A stretch of 64,000 nt of DNA from Gemmatimonadota bacterium (GTDB taxonomy: Bacteria > Gemmatimonadota > Gemmatimonadetes > Palauibacterales > KS3-K002). Shown piece by piece: positions 29,302 to 37,403 of the stretch. The DNA lies in the NCBI GenBank assembly GCA_039586795.1, contig JBDHJS010000010.1, positions 20,039-84,038 on the forward strand, read 5' to 3'. The translations under genes and the position numbers were made by a program. Each line of letters opens with the position of its first letter. Position 1 is the stretch's first letter. The notes beneath the pieces are model-generated. The model had not been told where the DNA came from. It did no database searches and saw only the letters and a list, made by a program, of their open reading frames with translations.

Positions 29302-29799
29302 ATGGACACGCCCGCGGGCGCGCCACGTTTCTTCCCAGTTGGAATCGATCTGCGCGGCAAGCCATGCCTCATCGTTGGCGGAGGCAACGTGGGAACGCGC
29401 AAGGCGACCACTCTGGTGCACGCCGGGGCCGAAGTGACGGTAGTCGCACCTCAGGTCACGGACGAGCTGGCGGGTTTGATCAGCGAGAACAGCCTGCGCT
29501 GGATTCAGGATGTCTTTCGTCAGGAGCACTTGCCGGGCGTCTTTCTCGCCGTAGCCGCGACCGACGACGACGACACCAACGCGGCTGTCATTCGAGCCGC
29601 ACTCGAGAACCACGCGCTGGCGTGCGACGCGTCGTCAGCCGAACGCTCACAACTCATCTTCGGTGCGATGCTGGAACGTGACGACGTCACGATCGCCGTC
29701 TTCACGGACGGCCGCGATCCGGCAACGGCTCGGCGGACACGCGACCAGCTGGCCGACCTCATCAGCCAGGACCACAAGTCGAAACCCCACGAGAGTTGA
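29302..29799 (+). CDS. Precorrin-2 dehydrogenase/sirohydrochlorin ferrochelatase-like protein (SirC / CysG N-terminal), short
   Basis: FPVGIDLRGKPCLIVGGGNVGTRK; AATDD; IAVFTDG. Confidence 0.8.
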   Translation: MDTPAGAPRFFPVGIDLRGKPCLIVGGGNVGTRKATTLVHAGAEVTVVAPQVTDELAGLISENSLRWIQDVFRQEHLPGVFLAVAATDDDDTNAAVIRAALENHALACDASSAERSQLIFGAMLERDDVTIAVFTDGRDPATARRTRDQLADLISQDHKSKPHES

Positions 29800-29802
29800 G
29801 AC

Positions 29803-32004
29803 GTGGGGCAGCTAGCCGACTCCGTAGCAGCAGACAACCCCGTACCGGGTGACAGCGCAACGCATCCCTCGCCGCGTCGGGGTGTCGTACTCATCGGGCT
29901 GGGGACGCCCGCCGGACCCGACACGCCGTCGGTGCGCAAGCTTCTTGTTGAGAGCTTCACCGACGAGTCTGTGGCCGCCTGGCCGGGTGGACTCCGATGG
30001 CTCCGAGGTGGAGTTGGCCGGTTTCATGCCAGACGACTGGCGCCGACCACCGCCGAACTGTACCGCAAGATCTGGGATGTTCGCGGGGCTCCGCTGGCCG
30101 CCATCCTGTCAGACGTGGCGTCGTCCCTGGCCACGGCGCTACCCAAAGGCTGGACGGTCTACGTGGCGATGCGCTACGGCCGCCCGCAGATCGCCGACGT
30201 CATCCGCCAGGTGGAGGCTGATGGTATAGACGACCTCGTCGTCGTACCCATGTACCCACAGTTCAATTCGTCCACCTCCGGCACAATCCTACGCGAACTG
30301 CATCGCGTTCTGCGGCAGACCGGGCAACACATCAGTGTCGCCCTACGTTCCACGTGGTACGACGACGTGGGCTACGTGAAAGCGCAGGCCCGACTGCTGG
30401 CCGACTACGCGGCGTCCAGGGACCTGTGGCCGGACGACGCGCATCTGCTGTTCTGTGCCCACGGGCAGCCCGCTTTTGGGGAAAGCTCGCTCTATACGCA
30501 ACAGGTCCGAAAGACGGCCCGGCTAGTCGCCGATCAGCTCGGCTGGCCGATGGAGCGGGCATCGCTCGCTTACCAGCCGCGGCGCATCCCGTTTCGCTCG
30601 CTTCGTCCGGAAGCCCGTGAGAGGCTGGCCGAGCTCACGGCGGAAGGGATGAAGCGGGTGCTGGTCTGCCCGATCACCTCCCCGGTTGATGGGATCACGA
30701 CGCTGGGCGAGATCGGAGTGGAATGCCGGGAGTTCTTCGAGGCGAACGGCGGCAGCCTGAGCCTATGCCCGGCGCTGAACTCTGCCGAGCCTTTTGTGGC
30801 AGCTCTGAGAAACCTGGTGCTGCGCGGTCCCCGATCTCTGACACCCGATAGGGCCTCGGCCATCCCGATGCTGAGGCCGAGAACGGGAACTACCACGTGC
30901 GACGGCGAGCCCGAATCGCTGCTCATGATCGGCGCCTCTTTCGAAGGTGGTGTGCGCTCGGGCCGCGGCCCGCACCTGAGGTATAGCGACCCTAGCGTGT
31001 TCGGACGGGTGAGGAAGACTCGCAAGGAAATCCGCGACTTTTTGGATTGGATTCACACGCAGCCTGACGTTGGCGAGGCATTCGTGTGGAATACCTGCCA
31101 GCGAATCGAGTTCTACGGTTGGCTGGCCGATCCAACGGACCGGCAAGCCCGAAGGAGTGCGGTTGAGCGGATACGCAGCCGACTGTACGAGGCCGAACCG
31201 GACGGGCTGGAGGTAAATACTCTGTTCGGGATCGAGGCCTGGCATCATCTGATGCGCACGGCAGCCGGCCTCAACAGCGCCTTGCCTGGCGACCTCGATG
31301 TGGTGGCCCAGTTGGAGACGGCCTGCCGGACCGCGGAGCGCGCCGGGACGGCGGGGCCACGAACGGCCTGCGTGGTGGATAGCGCCGTCGCTGTCTCCCG
31401 CGATGTGCGCACCGCGACCACCTGGGGCCACGTTAGCCACGGGTTCTGTCTCGCAGCCCTACTGCAGGTTCAGGAGGTTGACGGAGCGCACATGGACGAG
31501 TGTCGCCACGTCGTCATCGGGGGATCATCCACTTCGCGTTCCGTCCTCTCCGCGCTATCCGACCAGTTCGATGTACCGAAGCAGCAGATGACGCTGATAT
31601 ACCGAACTCACCATGGTCAGCTGAAGCTGCTGCGCAGTGCCATCGGCCATGGCAAACGCCTTCGCGTGCAATCGTACTCCGAACAGGCCGTGCTCGCCGC
31701 CATCGCCGCCGCTGACTTCGTCTACTTCGGCGTCGACTACCAGGAACCCATCTTCGACGCAGGGACTCTCGGTCGCGTCCGGGACCTGAAGCAGCGCCCG
31801 CTGCGGGTGATCGACTTCAACTCGTTCGGATCGATCGCCAGCGCGAGTCCGCAGTCGGGTCTGAAGATCTGGACCGCCGAAGATCTTGACCAGGCGATCG
31901 TCGACTTCGTCGAGGGGATGCGAGCGCAACCGCGCTTCTCGCGTGCAGTCGAAGAGTCGGAGGAGTGGATCGAAAACCACCTGCGTTCGCAGGTCGGGGC
32001 GTAA
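29803..32004 (+). CDS. Fusion of a ferrochelatase-like (HemH) domain and a glutamyl-tRNA reductase-like (HemA) domain
   Basis: N-half: LGTP, AMRYGRP, PMYPQF, CAHG.P, CPALN. C-half: NTCQRIEFY, HLMRTAAGLNS, Rossmann-like VVIGG. One continuous 733-aa frame. Confidence 0.85.
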   Translation: MGQLADSVAADNPVPGDSATHPSPRRGVVLIGLGTPAGPDTPSVRKLLVESFTDESVAAWPGGLRWLRGGVGRFHARRLAPTTAELYRKIWDVRGAPLAAILSDVASSLATALPKGWTVYVAMRYGRPQIADVIRQVEADGIDDLVVVPMYPQFNSSTSGTILRELHRVLRQTGQHISVALRSTWYDDVGYVKAQARLLADYAASRDLWPDDAHLLFCAHGQPAFGESSLYTQQVRKTARLVADQLGWPMERASLAYQPRRIPFRSLRPEARERLAELTAEGMKRVLVCPITSPVDGITTLGEIGVECREFFEANGGSLSLCPALNSAEPFVAALRNLVLRGPRSLTPDRASAIPMLRPRTGTTTCDGEPESLLMIGASFEGGVRSGRGPHLRYSDPSVFGRVRKTRKEIRDFLDWIHTQPDVGEAFVWNTCQRIEFYGWLADPTDRQARRSAVERIRSRLYEAEPDGLEVNTLFGIEAWHHLMRTAAGLNSALPGDLDVVAQLETACRTAERAGTAGPRTACVVDSAVAVSRDVRTATTWGHVSHGFCLAALLQVQEVDGAHMDECRHVVIGGSSTSRSVLSALSDQFDVPKQQMTLIYRTHHGQLKLLRSAIGHGKRLRVQSYSEQAVLAAIAAADFVYFGVDYQEPIFDAGTLGRVRDLKQRPLRVIDFNSFGSIASASPQSGLKIWTAEDLDQAIVDFVEGMRAQPRFSRAVEESEEWIENHLRSQVGA

Positions 32005-32136
32005 CCAGAAGCGCCGCCTTCGCGACTAATCGACGCCACACTAGACGGCTCAAGAACCAGCCAGGGCGCGCCTTTCGCAATTGAGAAGCAGTATCAATTA
32101 CTACCTCTTGCGCGGGCCGCCGAAGCTTGCCAGATT

Positions 32137-32252
32137 AATCGTGACAAAAATCTCGGATCCCAACCGCAATCGTGACAAATATCGCGCTATCCGGCGCGAC
32201 CACCGAATCAAGCCCTGGCACCGGCCCCGAAATCGTGAAAAAAACCGCACAA
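32137..32252 (+). promoter_or_regulatory. Three AATCGTGA(C/A)AAA repeats upstream of aprB (Rex-like sites)
   Basis: Copies at 32137, 32168 and 32231; the second (CGTGACAAATATCGCG) matches the 26178-26193 palindrome core at 14 of 16 positions. Confidence 0.6.
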
Positions 32253-32368
32253 GCCATTGTGTCCGCATCTACGTGTCGCTCCCAGCCAGGGGGGAGCCGT
32301 CCGCGGATTTGCATCAATAGCTCTGGAGAGGTTGTTCGATTACGTACAAGTCCAACGGAGGAAGGGAA

Positions 32369-32836
32369 ATGCCGAGTTACGTGATTGGGGACAAGTGTGA
32401 TGGGTGCAAGGCGCTCGATAAGACCGCCTGCCAGCACATTTGCCCGAACGATCTCATGGTCTTGAACAAGGAGACCATGAAGGCCTTCAACCAGGATCCC
32501 CACATGTGCTGGGAGTGCTACAGCTGCGTGAAGATCTGCCCGACGCAGGCGATCGAGGTGCGCGGTTACGCGGACTTCATCCCGCTGGGTGCCAGCGTGA
32601 CGGCGATGCGCAGCAGCGAAGACATCATGTGGACGCTGCAGTTCCGCAGCAAAGAGATCAAGCCGAAGCGGTTCAAGTTCCCGATCCGCCGGGGAGTCGC
32701 GGAGGGCAAGGCGCAGCCGTTCGATCACTATCCTACGGGTGACGATGACCTGAAGAGCCCGACGCTGATGTGCGAGCCGGAGGGCCTGAACACAGAGCGT
32801 GGACCGGTCAAGATGGACCAGGTCCCGACGCTTTAG
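32369..32836 (+). CDS. aprB: Adenylylsulfate reductase beta subunit
   Basis: MPSYV..DKCDGCK, CPNDLM, CWECYSCVKICP, RGYADF, KRFKFPIR. Confidence 0.98.
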   Translation: MPSYVIGDKCDGCKALDKTACQHICPNDLMVLNKETMKAFNQDPHMCWECYSCVKICPTQAIEVRGYADFIPLGASVTAMRSSEDIMWTLQFRSKEIKPKRFKFPIRRGVAEGKAQPFDHYPTGDDDLKSPTLMCEPEGLNTERGPVKMDQVPTL

Positions 32837-32897
32837 TCGGCTCGGTTCGCAAGGCAGTCTGATTTCTTCGGAATAAGAACTTAGGAGATATGTGAAA

Positions 32898-34790
32898 ATG
32901 GCGGATTTCGAAACCGTAACGGTTGAGACCGACCTGCTGATCTGCGGCGGCGGTATGGCCGCCTGCGGTGCAGCGGTGGAAGCGGCCTACTGGGCCAAGA
33001 AGCACGGATTGAAGGTCACGGTGGTCGACAAGGCGGCCATGGACCGCTCAGGCGCCGTGGCGATGGGCCTTTCGGCCATTAACCAGTACGTGGATCTGAA
33101 CAGCGGCAACAACACGCTGAAGGACTATCTGGACTACGTGCGCAACGATCTGATGGGCATCACCCGCGAGGACCTCGTAGGGAGCATCGCGCGCCACGTG
33201 GACTCGACGGTTCACCTGTTCGAGAAATGGGGTCTCCCCATTTGGAAGGACAAAGAAGGCAACTACGTCCATGAGGGACGTTGGCAGCTGATGATCAACG
33301 GCGAGTCCTACAAGGTCATCGTCGCAGAGGCCGCCAAGAACGCTCTGGCAGAGGCCGACGGTGAGTACTTCGAGCGCGTCTTCATCACGCACCCGCTGAT
33401 CGACGGCGACAAGTGCGTGGGCGCGATTGGCTTCAGTGTCAGAGAGAACAAAGTCTACGTCTTCAAGGCAAAAGCCACGATGGTCGCCATGGGCGGCGCG
33501 GTACACGTGTTCAAGCCGCGCTCGACGGGTGAGGGCTTTGGCCGTTCCTGGTATCCACCCTTCAACTCCGGCGCCAGCGCTTTCTTCACGATCTATGGCG
33601 GCGCCGAGATGACCTGTCAGGAAGTGCGCTTCATCCCCGTCCGCTTCAAGGACGCGTACGGCCCGGTGGGCGCGTGGTTCCTGCTCTTCAAATCGATCGC
33701 AACCAACGCCGAGGGCGGCAACTACATGCAGGACAACGCTGCCGAGCTCGACAAATGGGAGCCTTACGGGAAGGTGAAGCCGCGTCCGGCCAACATTCGC
33801 AATTGGCTGATGATGCTGGACGTGATGGAAGGTAAGGCACCGATCTACATGCAGACCGCCGACGCGATCAAGCGGATCGCCGACGAGGCGCCCGACGAGA
33901 AGGCGGCGAAGAAGAAGCTGAAGGAACTGGAGGCCGAGGCCTGGGAGGACTTCCTTGACATGACGATCTCGCAGGCGATCCTCTGGGCCGCCACGAACGT
34001 CGAGCCGGAGAAGAAGCCGTCCGAGATCATGGCCTGTGATCCTTACTTCATCGGTTCGCACTCTGGCGCCTCCGGCGCCTGGGTCTCAGGGCCGGAAGAT
34101 CTGCAGACCGACGAGACGAAGAACGAGTACTTCTGGGGTTACCCACACATGACGACCGTCAGCGGCATGTTTGCCGCGGGCGACGCCTCCGGGGCCTCCA
34201 GTCACAAGTTCTCGTCCGGCTCCCACGCCGAGGGACGTATCGCTGCCAAGGCCGCGATCTCCTACATCGTTGACAACAACATTTCGGCCAACGTCGACCA
34301 GGGTATGATCGACGAACTGACGGCCGAGATCCTCAAGCCGCTGGAGACGTTCGAGGCGCACAGCGGAGAGACCACGGACCCGGACATCAACCCGAACTAC
34401 ATCCGTCCGACGCAGTTTATGTATCGCCTGCAGAAGATCATGGACGAGTATGCGGGTGGTGTGTCCGCTCAGTTCAAGACCAGCGACAAGCTCCTCGAGA
34501 AGGGGATGGAGCTGCTGGCGTTCTTGAAGGAAGACGCCGACAAGCTGGCCGCGAAGAACCTGCACGAGTTGATGCGCTGCTGGGAGAACGTCCACCGCAT
34601 GTACCAGGCGGACGCCCACGTGCGCTCGATCCACTTCCGTGAGGAGACGCGCTGGCCGGGTTACTACTTCCGCTCAGACAAGCCGAGCATGGACAACAAT
34701 AACTGGCTCGCGTTCTGCAACTGCAAGTACGACAAAGACACGGGCGATTGGGAAATGATGAAGAAGCCCGTCAAGTACATCTCGCAGTAA
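32898..34790 (+). CDS. aprA: Adenylylsulfate reductase alpha subunit
   Basis: GGGMAACG, RSGAVAMGLSAIN, WQLMINGESYK, RFKDAYGPVGAWF, HKFSSGSHAEGR, REETRWPG. Confidence 0.98.
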   Translation: MADFETVTVETDLLICGGGMAACGAAVEAAYWAKKHGLKVTVVDKAAMDRSGAVAMGLSAINQYVDLNSGNNTLKDYLDYVRNDLMGITREDLVGSIARHVDSTVHLFEKWGLPIWKDKEGNYVHEGRWQLMINGESYKVIVAEAAKNALAEADGEYFERVFITHPLIDGDKCVGAIGFSVRENKVYVFKAKATMVAMGGAVHVFKPRSTGEGFGRSWYPPFNSGASAFFTIYGGAEMTCQEVRFIPVRFKDAYGPVGAWFLLFKSIATNAEGGNYMQDNAAELDKWEPYGKVKPRPANIRNWLMMLDVMEGKAPIYMQTADAIKRIADEAPDEKAAKKKLKELEAEAWEDFLDMTISQAILWAATNVEPEKKPSEIMACDPYFIGSHSGASGAWVSGPEDLQTDETKNEYFWGYPHMTTVSGMFAAGDASGASSHKFSSGSHAEGRIAAKAAISYIVDNNISANVDQGMIDELTAEILKPLETFEAHSGETTDPDINPNYIRPTQFMYRLQKIMDEYAGGVSAQFKTSDKLLEKGMELLAFLKEDADKLAAKNLHELMRCWENVHRMYQADAHVRSIHFREETRWPGYYFRSDKPSMDNNNWLAFCNCKYDKDTGDWEMMKKPVKYISQ

Positions 34791-34804
34791 CGACCCAGAG
34801 CAAC

Positions 34805-34843
34805 GGGATCTTCGAGCGTCGAGGTTCGACGCTCGAAGGTCCC
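34805..34843 (+). terminator. 18-bp stem-loop right after aprA (stabiliser or attenuator)
   Basis: GGGATCTTCGAGCGTCGA-GGT-TCGACGCTCGAAGGTCCC, one G-U pair, no U-tract. Confidence 0.6.
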
Positions 34844-34964
34844 GGCGCTCCAAATCTTATGGACTTTAGCAATGAGCAGCACCACCACTTGCTTCCACCA
34901 CACCGATAGGGTGATCGACGACTCTTCGATCGCTCTTGAATCCCGCGACCGATCGAGGAGCCCC

Positions 34965-35252
34965 ATGTCTAAAGCCTCCCGTACCTGTCCACACTGTGGT
35001 GACGGTCTCAAGAAGTGGCTCGTCCCTGACGGCGCTACGTGGACTGAAGAGTTCCTTTTCGTCTGCTTCAACGACGACTGCCCGTACTACCGGGAGGGGT
35101 GGAAGTGGATGGAAGAGCAATACAGCCAACACGCATCGTACCGGTATATGGTCTATCCCACCACTGGCACCTCGTCGATGATTCCGGTCTGGTCGGATTC
35201 CGCGACGCGGGAGATGATCGTAGAGGATGATGAAGGAGACAACGATGAGTGA
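34965..35252 (+). CDS. Small Cys4 zinc-finger protein (Ogr/Delta-like)
   Basis: CPHCG...VCFNDDCPYY; GAGGAG RBS before ATG at 34965. Confidence 0.75.
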   Translation: MSKASRTCPHCGDGLKKWLVPDGATWTEEFLFVCFNDDCPYYREGWKWMEEQYSQHASYRYMVYPTTGTSSMIPVWSDSATREMIVEDDEGDNDE

Positions 35253-36141
35253 CGAGAAGCGATCACCCGTCGACGCGAAACCGCTGGACACACTACAAGA
35301 GAAGATACTCAAAGATCACCCGAGGCTAGGCCCGAACGACAAGTTCAAGTTCGGGTGCCACCCCGGTGTCTCCTGTTACAACAAGTGCTGCAGCGACGTC
35401 AACATCTTTTTGTCTCCTTATGACGTACTCCGCCTCAAGCAACGGCTGGGGATGACGTCGAGCGATTTCCTCGAGAAGCATGTGCTGCTTCCCGTCCAGA
35501 AGGACATGAAGACGCCTATCGTCCTGTTGCGCATGAACGACGACGAAGACAAGAGCTGTCCCTTCCTGACGGAAGGCGGCTGCGGCGTCTACTCGGATCG
35601 GCCCTGGCCCTGCCGCATGTACCCGTTGGGGCTGGCCGCATCGAAAGACACTCCCGACGGATGGCGCGGCGACCGATTCTACTTCCTTCTACAAGAAGAG
35701 GGGTGCAAGGGATTCGACGAGTCAACCGAATGGACCGTCAATCAATGGCTCGACGATCAGGGAATCGATCAGTACGACGAGTGGGGCGAAGCGTACAAGG
35801 AGCTGACGCTCCATGAGTTCTTCGAGGACGGCGGAATCCTCTCGCCCAAGAAGATGGAGATGCTTTTCACTGCGGGCTACGACCTGGACAAGTTTCGGGA
35901 ATTCGTTTTCGAGAGCACGCTGCTGCAACGGTTCGATGTAGACGAGGACTTCGTCGAAGAGATGCGCTACGACGATGAGGCATTGCTTCGCTTCGCCTTC
36001 CTCTGGCTGCGGTTCAGCCTCTTCGGCGAGCCGACCGTTAAGGCGAGGCCCGAGGTCGTCGAGGCGTACAAGGGTAGCCTCGACAAAAAGGAGTTGTTCG
36101 ACGACAAGGCGGCTGCAGCCCCTAACGAGGATACACGATGA
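35245..36141 (+). CDS. YkgJ family cysteine-cluster (Zn/Fe-chelating) protein
   Basis: CHPGVSCYNKCC, CPFL...GCGVY.DRP..CRMYP. Confidence 0.85.
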   Translation: MSDEKRSPVDAKPLDTLQEKILKDHPRLGPNDKFKFGCHPGVSCYNKCCSDVNIFLSPYDVLRLKQRLGMTSSDFLEKHVLLPVQKDMKTPIVLLRMNDDEDKSCPFLTEGGCGVYSDRPWPCRMYPLGLAASKDTPDGWRGDRFYFLLQEEGCKGFDESTEWTVNQWLDDQGIDQYDEWGEAYKELTLHEFFEDGGILSPKKMEMLFTAGYDLDKFREFVFESTLLQRFDVDEDFVEEMRYDDEALLRFAFLWLRFSLFGEPTVKARPEVVEAYKGSLDKKELFDDKAAAAPNEDTR

Positions 36142-37400
36142 GCGGAAACGGGAAACGGGGAAGCGTCCTCGTGATTGGTGGCGGCATCAGCGGCATCACC
36201 GCTGCCATAGAAGCTTCCGAAGCAGGGTGCGAGGTAGTGCTGGTCGAGAAGAACACCTACCTCGGCGGTCGGGTGGCCCAGATGCACGAGTATTTCCCAA
36301 AGCTGTGCCCACCCACCTGCGGCCTGGAGATCCATTTTCGCCGTCTCAGGACGAGCCCGCGGGTTCGCATCCTGACGCTGTCGGAGGTGGAAATGATCAC
36401 GGGCGGTCCCGGTAACTACAAAGCGACGATCGCGCGCAAGCCGCGTTTCGTGAACGCCAAGTGCACGGCGTGCGGCGAGTGCGTGGAGATCTGCCCCGAG
36501 CAGCGCGCTGACGAGTTCAACCTCGGCATGAGCGAGACGAAAGCGATTCACCTGCCGTTCGAGATGGCTCACCCGATGCGGTTCGCGATCGATAGCGACG
36601 CCTGCCCCGGTTCGTCATGCGGCAAATGCGTGCCGGCGTGCCCGTACGACGCCATCGACCTGGATATGCAACCCGAGACGATTGAGGTGGATGTCCAGGC
36701 GGTGATCTGGGCAACGGGATGGGATCCATACGACGCCGAGAAGATCGACAACCTGGGATTCGCTGAGCACCCGAACGTCATAACGAATCTGATGATGGAG
36801 CGCCTCGCCTCGGGCAACGGGCCCACGGGCGGCAAGATCCAGAGGCCTTCCGATGGGAAGGAAGTCGAGAGCGTCGCCTTCGTTCAGTGCGCCGGTTCCC
36901 GCGACGAGAACTACCTGGAGCACTGCTCCGGCGTTTGCTGCCTCGGATCTCTCAAGCAGGTACGGTACGTCCGCGAGCAATACCCGGACGCCGACATCTA
37001 CGTCTTCTACATCGATATCCGCGCGCCTGGACGCCTCGAAGACTTCTTTGCTGCGACCGAGAAGGACGAGAAGCTGACCCTGATCAAGGGCAAGGTGGCG
37101 AAGATCAGCGAAGACGCCGACGGATGCCTGGAGGTCGAGGCCGAGGACACGCTCACCACCGAGCGGGTGTCTCAGACGGTCGACCTCGTCGTGCTGGCGA
37201 CCGGCCTGGTGCCCGTCGCCGCAGGCGATGCCCAGGTGGACGGCGAACTGCAGACGGACGAGTTCGGGTTCCTGACCACAGAGCAGGAACAGACGGGGAT
37301 GCTGGCCGCGGGATGCGCTAAGCGCCCCGCCGACGTGGCCACATGCGTGCGCGACGCGACGAGCGTCGCGATGAAGGCTCTCACCAGCTGCGGGGAGTGA
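36138..37400 (+). CDS. qmoA: QmoA (HdrA-like flavoprotein)
   Basis: GGGISG, YFPKLCPPTCG, QCAGSRDENYL..CSGVCC; downstream of aprA. Confidence 0.95.
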   Translation: MSGNGKRGSVLVIGGGISGITAAIEASEAGCEVVLVEKNTYLGGRVAQMHEYFPKLCPPTCGLEIHFRRLRTSPRVRILTLSEVEMITGGPGNYKATIARKPRFVNAKCTACGECVEICPEQRADEFNLGMSETKAIHLPFEMAHPMRFAIDSDACPGSSCGKCVPACPYDAIDLDMQPETIEVDVQAVIWATGWDPYDAEKIDNLGFAEHPNVITNLMMERLASGNGPTGGKIQRPSDGKEVESVAFVQCAGSRDENYLEHCSGVCCLGSLKQVRYVREQYPDADIYVFYIDIRAPGRLEDFFAATEKDEKLTLIKGKVAKISEDADGCLEVEAEDTLTTERVSQTVDLVVLATGLVPVAAGDAQVDGELQTDEFGFLTTEQEQTGMLAAGCAKRPADVATCVRDATSVAMKALTSCGE

Positions 37401-37403
37401 AGG

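Noticed and set aside
32137..32252. Mini CRISPR array
   Set aside because: Repeats are only 12 bp with unequal spacing and there are no cas genes
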